From: Octopus vulgaris
Taxonomy: Eukaryota
Assembly: GCA_951406725.2 (NCBI GenBank)
Contig: OX597822.1
Location: 80,786,001-80,850,000, forward strand
Direction of reading: 5' to 3'
DNA length: 64,000 nt
Shown: positions 41,238 through 56,301 of the stretch, in pieces
Layout of the letters: each line of letters starts with the position of its first letter
How positions within the stretch are numbered: the first letter of the stretch is position 1
Notes under the pieces: generated by a model
What the model saw: the letters and a program-made list of their open reading frames with translations, nothing else
The model's database searches: none
What the model was told of the DNA's origin: nothing
Translations under genes and position numbers: made by a program

Positions 41238-41410
41238 TAAGGCAGTATTTAGTCCGTCTTCATGTTCTGTGTTCAAATCTCGCGAGATCGACTCTGCCTT
41301 TTATCCTTTCGCAGTCGATAAAATAAGTATTCGTTGAACACTGCGGTGGATGTTGCCGATTTAACTCCTACCCCGAAATGACTGGCCTTGTGCCAAAATT
41401 TGAAAGTAAT
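41238..41410 (+). mobile_element. SINE family A body
   Basis: gttcaaatctcgcgagatcgactctgccttttatcctttcgcagtcgataaaataagta. Confidence 0.75.
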
Positions 41411-41602
41411 AAATGAAGATAGTTTGGAAACAAGAAAAATTCAAATGAAGCTTTTCAATCCACATTCGAAGCAGTATAACGGATTATTCTATTAGATTAA
41501 TATTTCTGAGCAAAGCTTGTCGACGTTCATATATATCATATTTCATAATCACATCGTAAAAATACGTCAGTATGGAGATTATATATATGAGTGTGTGTGT
41601 AC

Positions 41603-41673
<71 letters not shown>

Positions 41674-41914
41674 TGTACGTGTATCTACGTAGATACGTAC
41701 ATACATATATTTATGTGAAAGTTTTAACTGAGCGCTATTTATCTAAAGGATGTTTTTCCTAATAGACATTACGGAAGCCAGAAACGTTCATATTAAATGA
41801 TTTCAAAATATCGGTTCGGTTTGACTTCTTTATTACAAATACATACATAGATACATACATGCACACCTACATAAGAATACATACATACTTAACTCTGTGT
41901 GAGTGTGTATATAA

Positions 41915-41979
<65 letters not shown>

Positions 41980-41984
41980 CATAC

Positions 41985-42030
<46 letters not shown>

Positions 42031-42161
42031 GTATATATGTATGTATATATATATGTATGTATGTATGTATATATATATATGTATATATATATATGTATAT
42101 ATTTATATGTATGTATATATACATGTATATATACATGTATATGTATATACATATAGATATA

Positions 42162-43434
42162 CAGGGTACGATGGTTATATTGTCACCAGCAATTTTTAAT
42201 TTCATGCATGAACATCGTTTTTCTTTTTATCGACAACACAGTATAGCAGGGTCAGCTGGGCACTATCTGTGAGAAGGACATCACTACGATGCAATGCACT
42301 ATACCAGAAATTTAGAAACTACATACTGTGCCACCTGGCATTCGCGCTGGAAGCTCCAATACGAACATTTCAGAGTGTTCAGATGTCGATCTGAGGACTG
42401 AGCAGAAGATTCGGAAAGAGTTGAATAAGTTTAATTGTGGTTACGAACGTACGGCAGCTCGGAAAACCCACTCTGATCGTTATGGCAAAAAAGAAGGTCT
42501 GAAATTCTTGGTGAAATCAAGGCCATGATTGACATCGCATCGAGCCCGCTAAGTCCTTCAGGCCCATCGTAAGGGACATGGAAGTGTCTGTGTTTCTTAT
42601 CAAGCAGGTAACGCACGCCGACATTCGTATTACTCTCACAAGATAAGAAAGGGCCAATTTTTACCCCAAGCCATCAAGTTAAAGAGGAAAGACCGCGCTA
42701 CGAAGCTTTTGGACAAATTCAAACAACCCTTCCAACCGAACATCCTTTGGTTTCCTCAGACGAGAAAATTTTCTACCAGGATCAGATGGTGAACACAGAG
42801 AACAACTGTTTGATTGCCGTGTTCCCAAAACATGGATCGAAAGTGATAAAAATCAAACATTAGTCAACATTATGGTGTTTGGAATGATCACTAGTGATGG
42901 CGACGTAATGCCTCCATTGTTCTTCCCACACAGCCTCAGACTCAACACTGAGGCCTACATCAAGTGTCTGTAGAAGGTACTGCTGCACTGTGTGAAGAGG
43001 GTGGGTGCTGGAAGACAACAGGACTCTGGTCCATTCCACACGAGAAGGAGAACACATTCGTGGCTCTCAGAAAATTTCCTCGAACACATCACCCTTAAAA
43101 TCTGGCCACCTAAATCCCCAGATTGCAAACTTCTTGATTATTTCGTGTGGGGCGCAGTTGAGCAAGAAAACAAGAAAAGTGAAGATAAACCGAAAGCAAG
43201 GATATGGCAGAATTCACAAACTTAAATAAGGAAACCGTCCAGAAGGGTTGCAAGAGATTCTGAAGTCGTCTGGATGCTGTGTTTGGAGCCGATGGTGATT
43301 TTATTGAATAAATTACTCTTTAGTATTTCAAGATATTTCTATGTAATTTTGGTAAATATATCTCTTAAAATGAGTTGTCAATGTTCTTTTCATTGTTTGC
43401 GTAATTTAAACGACAATTTATTCACCGCACCGGA
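42162..43434 (+). mobile_element. Degenerate maT/DD37D-like Tc1-mariner element
   Basis: TA-cagggtacgatgg.. and ..ttcaccgcaccgga-ta ends; SDEK, IMVFGMITSDG, QQDSGPFH and WPPKSPDCKLLDYFVWG motifs; many stops and frameshifts. Confidence 0.88.
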
Positions 43435-43440
43435 TATCTA

Positions 43441-43657
<217 letters not shown>

Positions 43658-44552
43658 GTATGTATATATGTGTGTGTATATACCAACATACTTGTATGTG
43701 TGTGTGCGTATGTATATGTGTTGAAATATGCTGCATTTCCTTATCCCTGTCACTGTATATTTATGAAAGGACAAATACATATTTAAGAACCCCAATCTGG
43801 AATTATCACGAACGCTAAGAATGTGCCATCGGGAAAGTAATTAAAGAAGAACGAGATAAAATACCATGATACATAATAATAGAATAACATTATAACACCA
43901 ACGCGTTTCTGTCTGCTCGTGTCATTGACAGCTATTCAAAATTTTATTTAATTGATTAATTCATTCATATTATGTCGAACACTCAAAGCACACCCCTATA
44001 TATCTCCCAGTTTCTCCCTCCCTTTCTATCTGTGCGTGGGCATGTGTTTGAGTATATATAGTTACATGTGTGTGTTAAAGAAAATGAGATAACAAAGTCA
44101 AGGCTGTGTGGAATTTGCAGGACATTTATAAAGGAAACGATTGTAACTTTCTTTTTATAAATGTCCTGAAAATTCCACACAACCTTGGCTTTGTTGTCTC
44201 ATTTTATTTAACATATACATGCTCACACAAGACCCTAAATAGAATTTTTCACTCTTATTAGTAACGAACAGGGAGTCTAACTATAGTCCTCCCGTCCCAC
44301 TTACACAACCTTAGCTGCCACGTTGTGTCTTCTGGATACCAACATCTCTCATAAAGATATATATCCAAATGTGGGTACAGGAATCACAACTGTGTAAGCA
44401 ACATGAAGTACGAAAACAAACGAGTTAAATACGCAAACGAGAGAAAAAGGGAAAACAGGACAGGTAATAGAGAACGACCCTTCATCAGTTGGCGACTGTC
44501 TGCCTACTCTTCATTTCGAGCATATATATGCATGTATATATATATATGTTTG

Positions 44553-44635
<83 letters not shown>

Positions 44636-44689
44636 TCATACATGTATATGTATATGTTATTTATGTTATTGTATATATATTGTGTGTGT

Positions 44690-44980
44690 AAGCGCGTAGC
44701 CTGGTGGTTTGGGTCTTGCATTCACGATCGCTATATCGTGACTACCATACCTGGCCCAAGCAGCGTGCTGCGTTCTTGAGCAAGACACTTCATTTTGTTT
44801 TGCTCGAGTACACTTTAAATAGGTAACCCTGCGACGATCTTGATTTCCGATCAGGAGGAATGTAGTCCTCCTCAAACTGTTTGCTTGCAGGGTGGCGTCG
44901 TTTGAAAGGTATCACTTTGCAAAGTGCTTTGTGACCAGCGGTGATAAACAACATCCGACAGTCTAGTCAGTCACATGATA
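44690..44980 (+). mobile_element. SINE with family D head and tail type 2
   Basis: gcgcgtagcctggtggttt..gttcttgagcaagacacttc..gggtggcgtc..tgtgaccagcg..cagtcacatga. Confidence 0.65.
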
Positions 44981-44991
44981 TATATATATGA

Positions 44992-45292
44992 AGGCGCAAT
45001 GGCCTAGTGGTTACGGCAGTGGACTCGCGGTCGTAGGATCGCGGTTTCGATTCCCCGACCGAGAGTTGAGAGTGTTTATTGAGAGAAAACACCTAAAAGC
45101 TCCACGAGGCTCCAGCAAAGGTGATCCCTGCTGTACTCTTTTACCACTCTTTCTCTCACTCTTTCTTCTGTTGGCCTGCTCGCTTAGCCAGCGGGGTGGC
45201 GTCATTCGAGGGCTAAAACAATGCGAACGCATTGTGACCAGCGATGTGTATCAACATCTGATTGTCTGGTCGGTCTCGTGATCGTGGTCGTG
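44992..45292 (+). mobile_element. SINE with family C head and tail type 2
   Basis: ggcgcaatggcctagtggtta..ggtttcgattccc head; tail ggggtggcgtcattcga..tgtgaccagcgatg..gtctggtcggtc. Confidence 0.85.
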
Positions 45293-45294
45293 AG

Positions 45295-45328
<34 letters not shown>

Positions 45329-45817
45329 GTATGTATATATATAAACATATTTATAGTAGTTTCTATATTTATGTGTATATATAATATGCATGCATACATG
45401 TATATGTATAATTCTGTCAATGTATTTGTGGGTGTATATGTTTTGTAATTGTAGGGATGTGTGTATTTGTGTGCGTACATTTCTTTGTATAAGAGTACTG
45501 TCCTCCAAAAATATCATTGTTAGAAAAATCTGTCTCAAGAGCTAAACTGAAATGACATGCATTTTCCTATGAAAATACTGAACTGGATAAATTTCTCAAA
45601 CATTGATTTCGAAATTACTGTTCCCCTCCTATACAAAAATTCATCATATATTAGGACATTTTCAAATTCTCAAATGCGAATAACAAATTTGATTAAATAG
45701 GAATATGAGGTAAAAAAAAGAAAAGATAATTCGAAAAAATATTCACAGAATTGCACTAATACCAAAAAATTGATACCCAGAAAACAATTCTATATAAATA
45801 TAGAACTTGTAAAGTAG

Positions 45818-45887
<70 letters not shown>

Positions 45888-46089
45888 GAGACCTGAAGCA
45901 TACTTGAAGTAGTGAGAGCGTGTTATTAATGAGTTTATGAATGGCGACGATAGGACTTCGACAAAGCTAGCTGATAAATTGATTCTGCGAATGCCTAATA
46001 AAATAATCGATTAGTTAATTTGTTAATTGTTTAGCCAAGTAATAAAAATAAAGAAGTGAAATAGAAGCGGTGCATATATTTATTACTCT

Positions 46090-46330
46090 CCCAAGATATA
46101 GCAGAATTCTACATACTATCTCTCAATTCAATGCCACCTCCAACAGAAATGCCTCTCTGAACACCCATTTGAAAATCAAAGATTAAATTTTCAAAGTCAA
46201 ACATTTGCGTTAATGTCGATGAGAGAATAGAACCCTTTACTGGTAATCGAACATACTTGACATCAAATGGCCATAAATTGGAAGACGAAATACGGTCTTT
46301 TAGACTAATTAATGTCATTGCCCAATGGCT
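46090..46330 (+). mobile_element. Possible old RTE LINE fragment
   Basis: MPPP....YLTSNGHKLEDEI resembles the segment following the RTE RT domain; heavily decayed. Confidence 0.3.
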
Positions 46331-46846
46331 TTAACAGTAAAGACTTTTGATCCGTATTTTTTTCTAAATTTAAATGTTATCCATAACCTTATGGAAATAC
46401 AATATTTAATCTCTTCAAATGTAAGTCAGTATTTATAGTCTAAATGTGCGAAATTAAAGATATGTTTGATATACATATATTCGAAACGAATAATTACATT
46501 TTGAGTATCAATCCACATTTGAGTAGTATATGCCCGCGCGCGTGTGTATCACACGGATAGAGATGGGAACGATGATTTCCCTTCGCAAATACTAATCAGA
46601 CACAGACTGTGTGTCATTAGCCAGCTGGAAGAGATGTCTTCCTAGGGCTATAAACTAGAGTAGCATCGTCCCCTCTGGGTTCGCTACATTTAGGTGGAAA
46701 ATATAGTTCCCGATTCCGTGCTGCGACTGTTTACGTCTCGCTCAGAGATTTATTATTGCTTGTTTCTCCTTTATCTAGATCAGCGACGGTTTATCACTGG
46801 AAAAAGCATATAGTATTTTGCGTTTGGAATGAGCTCTCATCGCTAG

Positions 46847-46893
<47 letters not shown>

Positions 46894-49800
46894 CCTTTTA
46901 CTCTTTAACTTGTCTCAGTCATTTGATTGCAGTGCGTGTGTGTATGTGTGTGTGTGTGTGAATGTGTGCATTATGTATACACCCACCCACACGTACACAT
47001 ATATATATAAGTGTAAGATCAGAAGATCGAAGTGTAGGAAGTTTGTAAGCTTTGTGCAGTAAGTAGTGGGTATAAAAAAAAACAATGTTTAGGGACAATA
47101 ATTCATTGGCGTCGAAGGGTGTAGGCTTTTCCCTCATCGAAGGTCAATAAGGTGAAAAAATGTTGTATACTTACGGTTAACAAATACAGTTGATATATAT
47201 ACGAATAAAATTGAACAGGTAACATCCACCCCACAATCAAATTTTACAACTCAATCCACTTCTCTTATATCATTCTTTTCCCTCTTCGGTTATTCTACAG
47301 CATGTAATCCTTTTCTACTCTCACTATTCATCTCAATATATTTATCCTGTAACATCAACAAACATTTCATGTCTCTCTGACGAAACGCGAGCCTTTTCTT
47401 CTTCCCCAAGGTACGAAAACAAGTCCACTGTTTAAACTCGTTTTATTACTATTTAGCGACACATGTTTTATTTTCCTCTGATACTGCTGTGTCACTATAT
47501 TCATTCGGGTCGCTATTTGGAACATCAATTAATGCTTATTCTCTGTTTTTTTTTTATATCAGCAAGGAATCGTTTTTTTCTTTGTATGGGGTTGGCCGTG
47601 AGTACATGCTCTCTGTCAAAGCCCGTTGAGGCAAGCATACATCGAGCATATTCACCGGTCGCTGGAGAGAGGATATTCGTCAGCTACGAATATATCTTGT
47701 AACACGTTCATATGAGATATTATCTCAGGACGAAGAACTCAGTAGCTTTGCCTATCTCACTGTATTAACATTAAGAATGATACATGATCCAGTCGGGTTA
47801 CTTACCCGGACCAAAAGCCTCCTCCACAGCAAACGTTCCGATCGAGCAATGCAATACAAACGTCTAGCTTCGGTTCTAGACGCATTGGTCTTTCGGGACC
47901 TGACATGACTCATCCGGAAATGCCACAACTACAGACGATAGCAGTAGTTCGCTAACTGAATTGGTGGAGCGTGGGCGCTAAAAGTTTGTGGATAGTCAGT
48001 CACCTCAAAATATCGGGATCTTCGCCACTTACTCAAATAAATTTACCGAAATTATCCACATCCACCACGTCGCAATCCATGAGTTCAGCATACCATGGCT
48101 CGAGTGGTTACATGCTCTTTAACCCATAGCTGTGATGCTGAGAAGTGCTACTACTCCCGGTCAGAGCAGACCTGAGAACAGTGGTGGCAAAGAGATGTTT
48201 CTATAATCCTCCAAATTCTGAACCTCCTGGACCAGAGCCCCAGTGCCGGGTGCAGTTTAAAATCATACTTATGGGGAAGTACCACATACAAATGGCCATA
48301 GTAATTTAATAATGCTTCTATTGCATATAACGGATTTTCTTCAGCTGAGTGGCTGTTGGCAACATCGGTTAATGTTTAATCAGCTTTCCTTTGTTGGTGG
48401 CGAAATATCTCTTCTATAAACATAATATACAAATGGCTGTTTTACTATAGCTAAATGTAGGTACTACCCGTTTGAACCTGACAATCGGGAAAAGGAACTA
48501 AGAGATATTTTAATGGTGGTGTTGTGACTTCCTGAAGACAACATGAATAGGAAATCACATCAGAGTATGTTTCCCTCCGAATGTCTTTAACCACTTCGTC
48601 ATTTCACCTCTCCAAATATTAAAAACTAATGAAGAAGTTAGATGCTATTAAAATTGCCATTACACATTAGTTTTTTTCTATGTCTAGCTGAAACATTTGC
48701 ACTTAATCTCTGAAAAGACACTTTTATGGCCTGTATTCTAACCGTTTGCGGCAATTTGTCCCATAAATATTATCTAAACTACCAGTTTCGATAAATTTAT
48801 GATAGGCTGTATTATTGCCGATCTGAGTCTTTGTTTCCAAGTGGAAATATACAAGAAGACAAACATTTTAACAGACTAATAGAAAATAACACAATATGAT
48901 AGGCTGAACGATTATTAGAGATAGACATAATAGCAGAGAAAATGAGGGAAAGAAAGATAGTAGAAAGAGAGAAAGAGAGAGGCAAAGAGAAAGAAGTGAA
49001 AAATAGTGAGTGAGTAACTGAGTGAGTGAGTGAGAAATGAAGAAACGATCGAAAAAGCGAACGTGGAATTTTAAAATCTCTTTCGTACATATGCTAATCG
49101 ATAAATGTTCAGCCGAGTCAATTTTGTTAACACCTATTCAGCAAGTATGACAAGTAATTTGCTACTGTTTCAAAATCGAGCTACTACCCTCCTTCCCCTT
49201 CTTCATTCCTCTTTTCTTCATATGTTTGTGGGAATCAATCAACAAATACTTGAGTTCAGAATGTCTGGGTTGCTTTTAAGCGAGGGCAATGAAGGAAAAA
49301 AAAACGACGAGGCACCTGGTTGCGATTCATTAAAGTGAACACTTAAGAAACTCATATTATTAATAGCTTAGTAGAAAACAATAAATTTAGGTCCCGTAAA
49401 TTTAAAGGATTGTACTTCTGCACAGACCGATGTAGGAACTGTCATATGATCATTGGAGTAACAAGAACTAGATTTACGTATTAAGTAACCTTGGAAACAT
49501 AGGGTAACGTAATCCTAAATATTCTATGCCACAAAAATGACCAAATAATACAAATGAGACCCTTCGGATCATAGGTATTCTTGATAAGGGTCAATACTGT
49601 TATAAACAAGCGCAGAAGCAGCATGAGCAGTCCTAAGTAGCTGAGGTACGGAACAGTCTACTTTATTCGATATTACTTCTATTAGCCTGATCATTGGAAA
49701 TGGGAAAATTACACACGCACATACACACATTGATGCACACACTCACACACGCACACACACATATATGTAAGTATGTATGTATTATGATGCATATATAGCT

Positions 49801-49989
49801 ACAACAGCACAAATTGAATGAGAGAATACGAAGGTTATTATAGAACGCTAGAGGTTACATATGTTAGACAAAATTTCGAAAGGTGCTGGAAAAAAATTAA
49901 CAATTAAAGATGAGTTAGAGGCAGCATAAGAGAAAGAAGAAAATAAAGATAAGTATTTGAAGCAAGTACGTAGCTTTCATTTATTATAT

Positions 49990-50390
49990 TCTTTTCTAAT
50001 CTAGGCACAGGGCCCGAAATTTTTGAGGAGGGGGCCAGTCGATTAGATCGACCCCAGTGCGCAAATGGTACTTAATTCATCGACCTCGAAAGGATGTAAG
50101 GCAAAGTCGACTTCGGCGGAATTTGAACTCAGAACGTAAAGACAGACGAAATACCTATTTATTTACTACCCACAAGGGGCTAAATACAGATAAGACAAAC
50201 AAGGACAGACAAAGGGATTAAGTCGCTTATATCGATCACAGTGCGTGACTGGCACTTATTTAATCGACCCCGAAAGGATGAAATGCAAAGTCGACTTCGG
50301 CGGAATTTGAACTTAGAACGTAGCGGCAAACGAAATACCGCTAAGCATTTCGCCCGGCGTGCTACCTTTTCTGCCAACTCACCGTTAGTG
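49990..50390 (-). mobile_element. Head-to-tail family A SINE dimer
   Basis: Full copy 50156-50390 joined at gaaatacc/tatttatttactaccc to a headless body 49990-50155. Confidence 0.88.
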
Positions 50391-50614
50391 AAGACTAGTG
50401 CTGCTTTTTTACAGGTTCACATTCACCACTTAATTGTCTGCTGTATTTGTGGTGGCAGAGAGACAGGAATTGGAAGTTGGAGTACAACGAATATCTCAGG
50501 ACGATTCTGAGAAACGTAGATGCACAGACACACACACACGCACACGGACACACACACACGTACACACTCACACAGACACAGACACACACACACACACACA
50601 CTCACACAGACAGG

Positions 50615-50647
<33 letters not shown>

Positions 50648-50653
50648 AGACAG

Positions 50654-50689
<36 letters not shown>

Positions 50690-50751
50690 ACACACACAAA
50701 GCACATAAGTGTGTATGAGTTTGTGTGTATAAGCATTATGCAAAATTATAA

Positions 50752-50870
50752 AGTTTTCAGCCGTGCTGTTGGATGCCTTCTACAACGACGACGCAGCCAG
50801 CATCAAAACCAGACTCTTCAACCTGCGGAGGTTAGTGTCCAAGAAGACCAAGGCGAAAGAGGGTTCACTT
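50752..50870 (+). mobile_element. RTE/BovB-like RT fragment
   Basis: FSAVLLDAF..RLFNLRRLVSKKTK, cf. BovB-type FSAML.DAF..LFNLRRL..KTK. Confidence 0.65.
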
Positions 50871-52597
50871 TCGAAGGTTGCTCCTAAGTCCACGTACCCG
50901 GCAGAGCACTCTCCAGATCTGCCAACATTGACGCATGGATGTATTTTTGTGCATGACAGTTTTAAATTAAGTTTATTGTTTCAATGTAAGTGTAAGAAAA
51001 ACAGCCGAATATATATAAGAGAACATATCGAGTTCGCGAGCGCCCATTTTTGTTTCATATTCGTTTACAGCAAGTTGGCGTATATCTATTACACTATTTT
51101 TCAATTTTTTTCTTGTTTTTTTTGTTTTACTCGGGTCAAACCGTTTACTTTGACCGAAAATTTAATTAGTAATTGAAGCTTTATAAATCATATGCAGGTT
51201 TCGGTAACCTTGGTGTCATTATTACGCAATACAGTCGATATACCTCCTCAGTATTCACAGCGCAAAGTACGAAACTTAGTGGGACATTTGTCATAACATA
51301 TTCCATCTAAGCAACTTACATTGGTAGGGCAGAAAGTAAAATGATAGCGTGTGGAGAAGTAGGAGGCTGGTAACAAAAGATAGATAAGATATCAATGCGT
51401 GAATAGTGGGGGAATCCACGCCCTCTACGTATTCACATACATACACACTCGCACATATATCCTAGAGAAACGAAAACGAAATAGCTTCAAGGCTAAATAG
51501 AATCAATAACAGCAACAACAACAACAACAATAATAATAGTAACTAAGGTATGAACAATCTGTGGCATATATCAGAAAGTGAACTGAAACAATAGGTCGAT
51601 GTTTCTGACAGGCTTCTGACATCTTTTTCAAAGTTCTTCCTCTTAAGCAGACATCGGCACGGTTATTCAGTTCATGAATAGTTTTGTATTCCTCAAGCGT
51701 TAGTAAGTATTACACCAACTAACTTCGCATATTTCCGCATATATCCACGCACACACATCTATATGTATTGCACGCACACACACGAGCGCGCGCACGCGTG
51801 TATAGACTTACAATCGTGATTCATTTCCATCCTCCACTCTACTATCGAACCGTACTGTGAGAAAAACCTCTCGATTTACAGCCAAGTACCTGCGCATGTA
51901 CAACACGTGATCTCTTTAAGACCATCACGCACTTATGTATGTTATTGTTTTTAAATATACAATGGTAAAATTCCCATGTGCTCTATATAGACTGATGAAG
52001 CATCGCGCAAGTTATGCGAGTAGCGTGCAGAACGTTCTACTGAGCTCAAAGCATGCATACTCACACACACACACACACACACACACATACTGTGTGAGTG
52101 AATGATTGTGTGTATGCATACATGAATATATATAGCACAGGCTTCCACACAGTTTCCTGCTCAATCTAAATGTAATAGGTAATTTGCCAAATGTTTCCCA
52201 CAATGTTTTTCAATGACCTCCTCAGTTACAAATCTATGACTTCGCCCAGGCCTTTATAGAATATTTGTTCCGCGTATTCTAAATTTCCGTCCCAGTAGAC
52301 GTTAGCACCTTGTCTATGGACCTAAATAGAATTTTGCCCTGGTCACTAACATCCCTGACTCCAGTAATTCCCCAGAGAATAATATGGATATCTATGAAGT
52401 TCTTGGCTTGATCGTACGGCCTGGCACCTTCAATCTCAAGAAGATTCGAGCCTTGGTATAGAAATTAGCAAACAGCAAACATGAGGACGAGATGCCCGTG
52501 GAATGGACTAAACTTGGAATTAAAAGTACCAGCCTTGTCACTCAGTGTCAAAAAGATTTCAGAGTACTACATGTAAAATTCAAGTCCCCGCGGGATA

Positions 52598-52711
52598 CAG
52601 TAATATCTCGGCTTATTGTGGTTCACTTATCGCGGTTTATTTAAGCTTACGTCGATTCCTCCGCGGTGTTGTATTGTATTTATAATAAAATGAATATACA
52701 CAAATTATAAA

Positions 52712-52775
<64 letters not shown>

Positions 52776-52879
52776 TATATATATATATATATATTAGAGT
52801 ACTGTTTCTACTTCGCAGAATTTTCATCTATCGCAGGGAATTTGGAGACGTAACACCTGCGATAGTCGAGGGATTACTC
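52598..52879. mobile_element. pogo/Tigger-type MITE with internal (AAT)n
   Basis: TA-cagtaatatctcggcttatt.. pairs with ..gatagtcgagggattactc-TA. Confidence 0.7.
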
Positions 52880-53193
52880 TATACATAGGCACCTGTCCAT
52901 CCATCCACCCATCTATACATACACACACACACACATATATTCAAACATACATATATTTTCTTCACCCACTCTTTCTGGGTGAGTCACAGAGGTAGCGTCT
53001 TGATGTACCTCCTCCATAGTGTTCTATCAGAAGCACCATCATTACAATTACCAGCTGGATTCACAAGCATGACCAACATTATCCAACCATCTTATTCTTA
53101 GTCTACCCCTAGACTCCTTCTAGTTGACTAGACTTGCAGAATCCTTCTAGCACGTCTCTGACATTCTAATCGCATGTTCATAATACCAGAGCT

Positions 53194-53420
53194 GCGGTGA
53201 GCTGGCAGAAACGTTAGCACGTCGGGCGAAATGCGTAGCCGTATTTCGTCTGCCGTTACGTTCTGAGTTCAAATTCCGCCGAGGTTGACTTTGCCTTTCA
53301 TCCTTTCGGGGTCGATAAATAAGTACCACTTCCGCACTGGGGTCGATGTAATCGACTGAATCTCTTTGTCTGTCCTTGTTTGTCCCCTCTATGTTTAGCC
53401 CCTTGTGGGCAGTAAAGAAA
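53194..53420 (+). mobile_element. Young full-length family A SINE with a 17-18 bp target-site duplication
   Basis: ttcataataccagagctg at 53177-53194 and 53421-53438. Confidence 0.92.
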
Positions 53421-54896
53421 TTCATAATACCAGAGCTGTGACCTCTCAATCCAAAAAAGCAACCTGTCAAACTGGAAGGACTCCCTGATCTCCGAACTAC
53501 GCATCCTGTCCCGTCGAATAACGTCACTCTAGACATCCTTCAGAGGAGCCCCATTTCCGCCGCTTGTATACACGATAAAACACTTTCGGTCATTAGCCAA
53601 CATTTATGATCGTATGTGAGGATAGGTACGAAGCTGAAATGAAGTTAATACATTGGGATTGTTTTAACAACATTAGGCCTTTAAATTGTAGTTCAATGGA
53701 TATTTGTATCAGTCTCTTGGAACAACTGCAATAATCTTCATCGAAACCGACGGAGATCAAGTTACATTTCCTTATTTGCAAGTGTTAATCTGCAGTTTTA
53801 TTGAATTAAATAATTGAATGATGTGCTTGGTCATTGGACAGGACGTAAGTCTTTCTTAGGCAGAGTTCATGCCTGAAAATATTTGACTGGAACTACATTT
53901 TAATGCGAACTTTCCGCAGATCGTGAGAATTTATATTCCAGCCAGACTAATCAGCTTTTTGTTTGGACTTCAATTTGAATCTATAATTGATTTTTACTAA
54001 ATGGAAACAGCTCGAGTGTCTCACAATCTTACATCCGTTATTATGCTGCATAGTGAGCGCTGTGATTTACAGATAAACTGTTTGTGTGATATAGCTCACC
54101 CCCTGTCTTCCATTACAGATTGCTGCTGACTTTACTCACTCCACTCATAAAGACAGAGACAGCTTCCGACATTTGGCTTATTTCTTTCCAAAACAGACAA
54201 AACTTTCGCTCTATTCACAAATCAATAACTATATCTATCTGATAAACCAAGATTTACATAAATTCCGACAGAAGCATCACGAATTATGTCATTATGGTTC
54301 CTTAAATCACCTAAATGATTATTCAGCTGTATATTGTTACTATGTTTATGCACGGAACGTTTCTGCTCTTATCGATATCATTCATACAATCACTGGGTTA
54401 ACTATGCCTGTTATTATATCATTTCACTGCAGATCATTCCATGACAGCCATTGGGGGAGGGATGTAAGTTCTATAACATACACCAACGATATCATCAAGC
54501 CAGTACCCAGAGTTTTTGGTGAATTCTGGGGTGCACATTTGTTGCAAATAAATATACGCTGGTAGGTCTTCGATCCAATGGCCTCTACACATATTCTATT
54601 GTGTAGACGATGCCTATGCTTAACTTTGGACCATACAAATCACATCAATATACAATGACTCGTGGCTGCTACTACTGGACAGCTGTATTCGAGTCCTGAA
54701 AGGCAGAGATATAAATAAATATATTCCATACAAGCAAATAGCCGCAATACATGATCGTATATGTTGTTTTTTCTTAAGACAGGGTGTATGTATGTATATA
54801 TACGTATATGTATATTTATAGTTTTTTATGCACCAAACCACTAGTGTTAAATTGATGTTATTAAATTAATATCCAATGTTTTCACCCTCATTTTGA

Positions 54897-55022
<126 letters not shown>

Positions 55023-55070
55023 GTATATATATAACATGTATATAAACATATATATATACATATGTATATA

Positions 55071-55106
<36 letters not shown>

Positions 55107-55180
55107 AATGTATATATACATATATATATATATATACATACATACATACATAAATATATATTACATATATACATATTATA

Positions 55181-56301
55181 CAGGATGGGGAAGCAAAACT
55201 TAGAATAGCTTGGAAACCCTATTTTTTTTTATATTCCTGAGCATAAATACTAAAATATAGTTTTCTATTTCAGGGTGGAGGTATATAGAGTTAATGTAAG
55301 CAGAAGTTCCAGTCATACGATTTAACATGTCCTCTCAAGAAGCCAAGAGACAAGGTATACTTGAGCAAGGACGTGGAGGTATAAATAAACAAAACGGGAT
55401 AATGCATTTCTTAAATCACTCAAAGCCAAAATTTCGAAAGACCCAACAACATCCATGAGAAAACTGTCCACGGACATGAAAGTTGATCCAAAATCCATCA
55501 GAAATGCTGTACACACTGACATACAGTTTGGGTCATACGTGAGGACCCCGAAACACATATTAACCCATGCAATGAAAGCCAGAAGTGCTATAAAAGTTTT
55601 GCGATACCTGAAGCACAATCGACAAACAGTCAAAATCTTTTCAGATGAAAATATCTTTACCGTTGATGCTGTTTTAAAACGTCGCAATGTTCGATATATT
55701 GCTAAGTCACCTTCTGACGTAGAGGGCGACTTTCGGACCAAGTCCCAGGTCAAATCATGATACTGGGAGTCGTAGCGTCTGAGGGAAAAAAGATGCCTCT
55801 CAGTTTTTTACAGGTCTGTGGAAAAGGTGGAGTATAATGTTTCGCCTTCGCGAAAGTCTAACTAACTCAACGCTAATTGTGTATGGACCCAAAATGGTGC
55901 TCTCGCTCATACGGCGAAGAAATTGCAGAAATTCTGCGAAGACAACCTCGTTGACTTTTGACCTGCCAGTGTCTAGCACTCTCCAGCCCAGACTTGAACC
56001 CCCTGGACTATGCTGTATGAGGCAAATTGGCGCACTCTACCAACAGAACTTAGCATCCAAGTTTTGATCATCTTAAGCAAGTCCTGGGAGAAGAGTGGGA
56101 CATGTCTGAGGAATTCATCATGAAGTGTTTTTATGCCTTCAGGCGGCGTGTAAAGGCTGTAGTAGACAATGAAGGTGGACATATTGAATAAGTTGTCTCT
56201 TTATATCCCTATAAACTTGTGTTCAAATTATATTTGCCAGGTTGCTAGTTGTAAAATAAACAATTTGGTGAATTATCTATTATTTTCCAAGTTTTGCTTC
56301 C
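55181..56301 (+). mobile_element. Second degenerate maT/DD37D-like element (different family)
   Basis: Ends TA-caggatggggaagcaaaactt and aagttttgcttcc; KIFSDENIFTVD, MILGVVASEG, WTQNGALAHT, DLNPLDY and EGGHIE* motifs. Confidence 0.85.

Noticed and set aside
47370-47430. CTGACGA..GAAA hammerhead-like words
   Set aside because: Could not form convincing stems I and II
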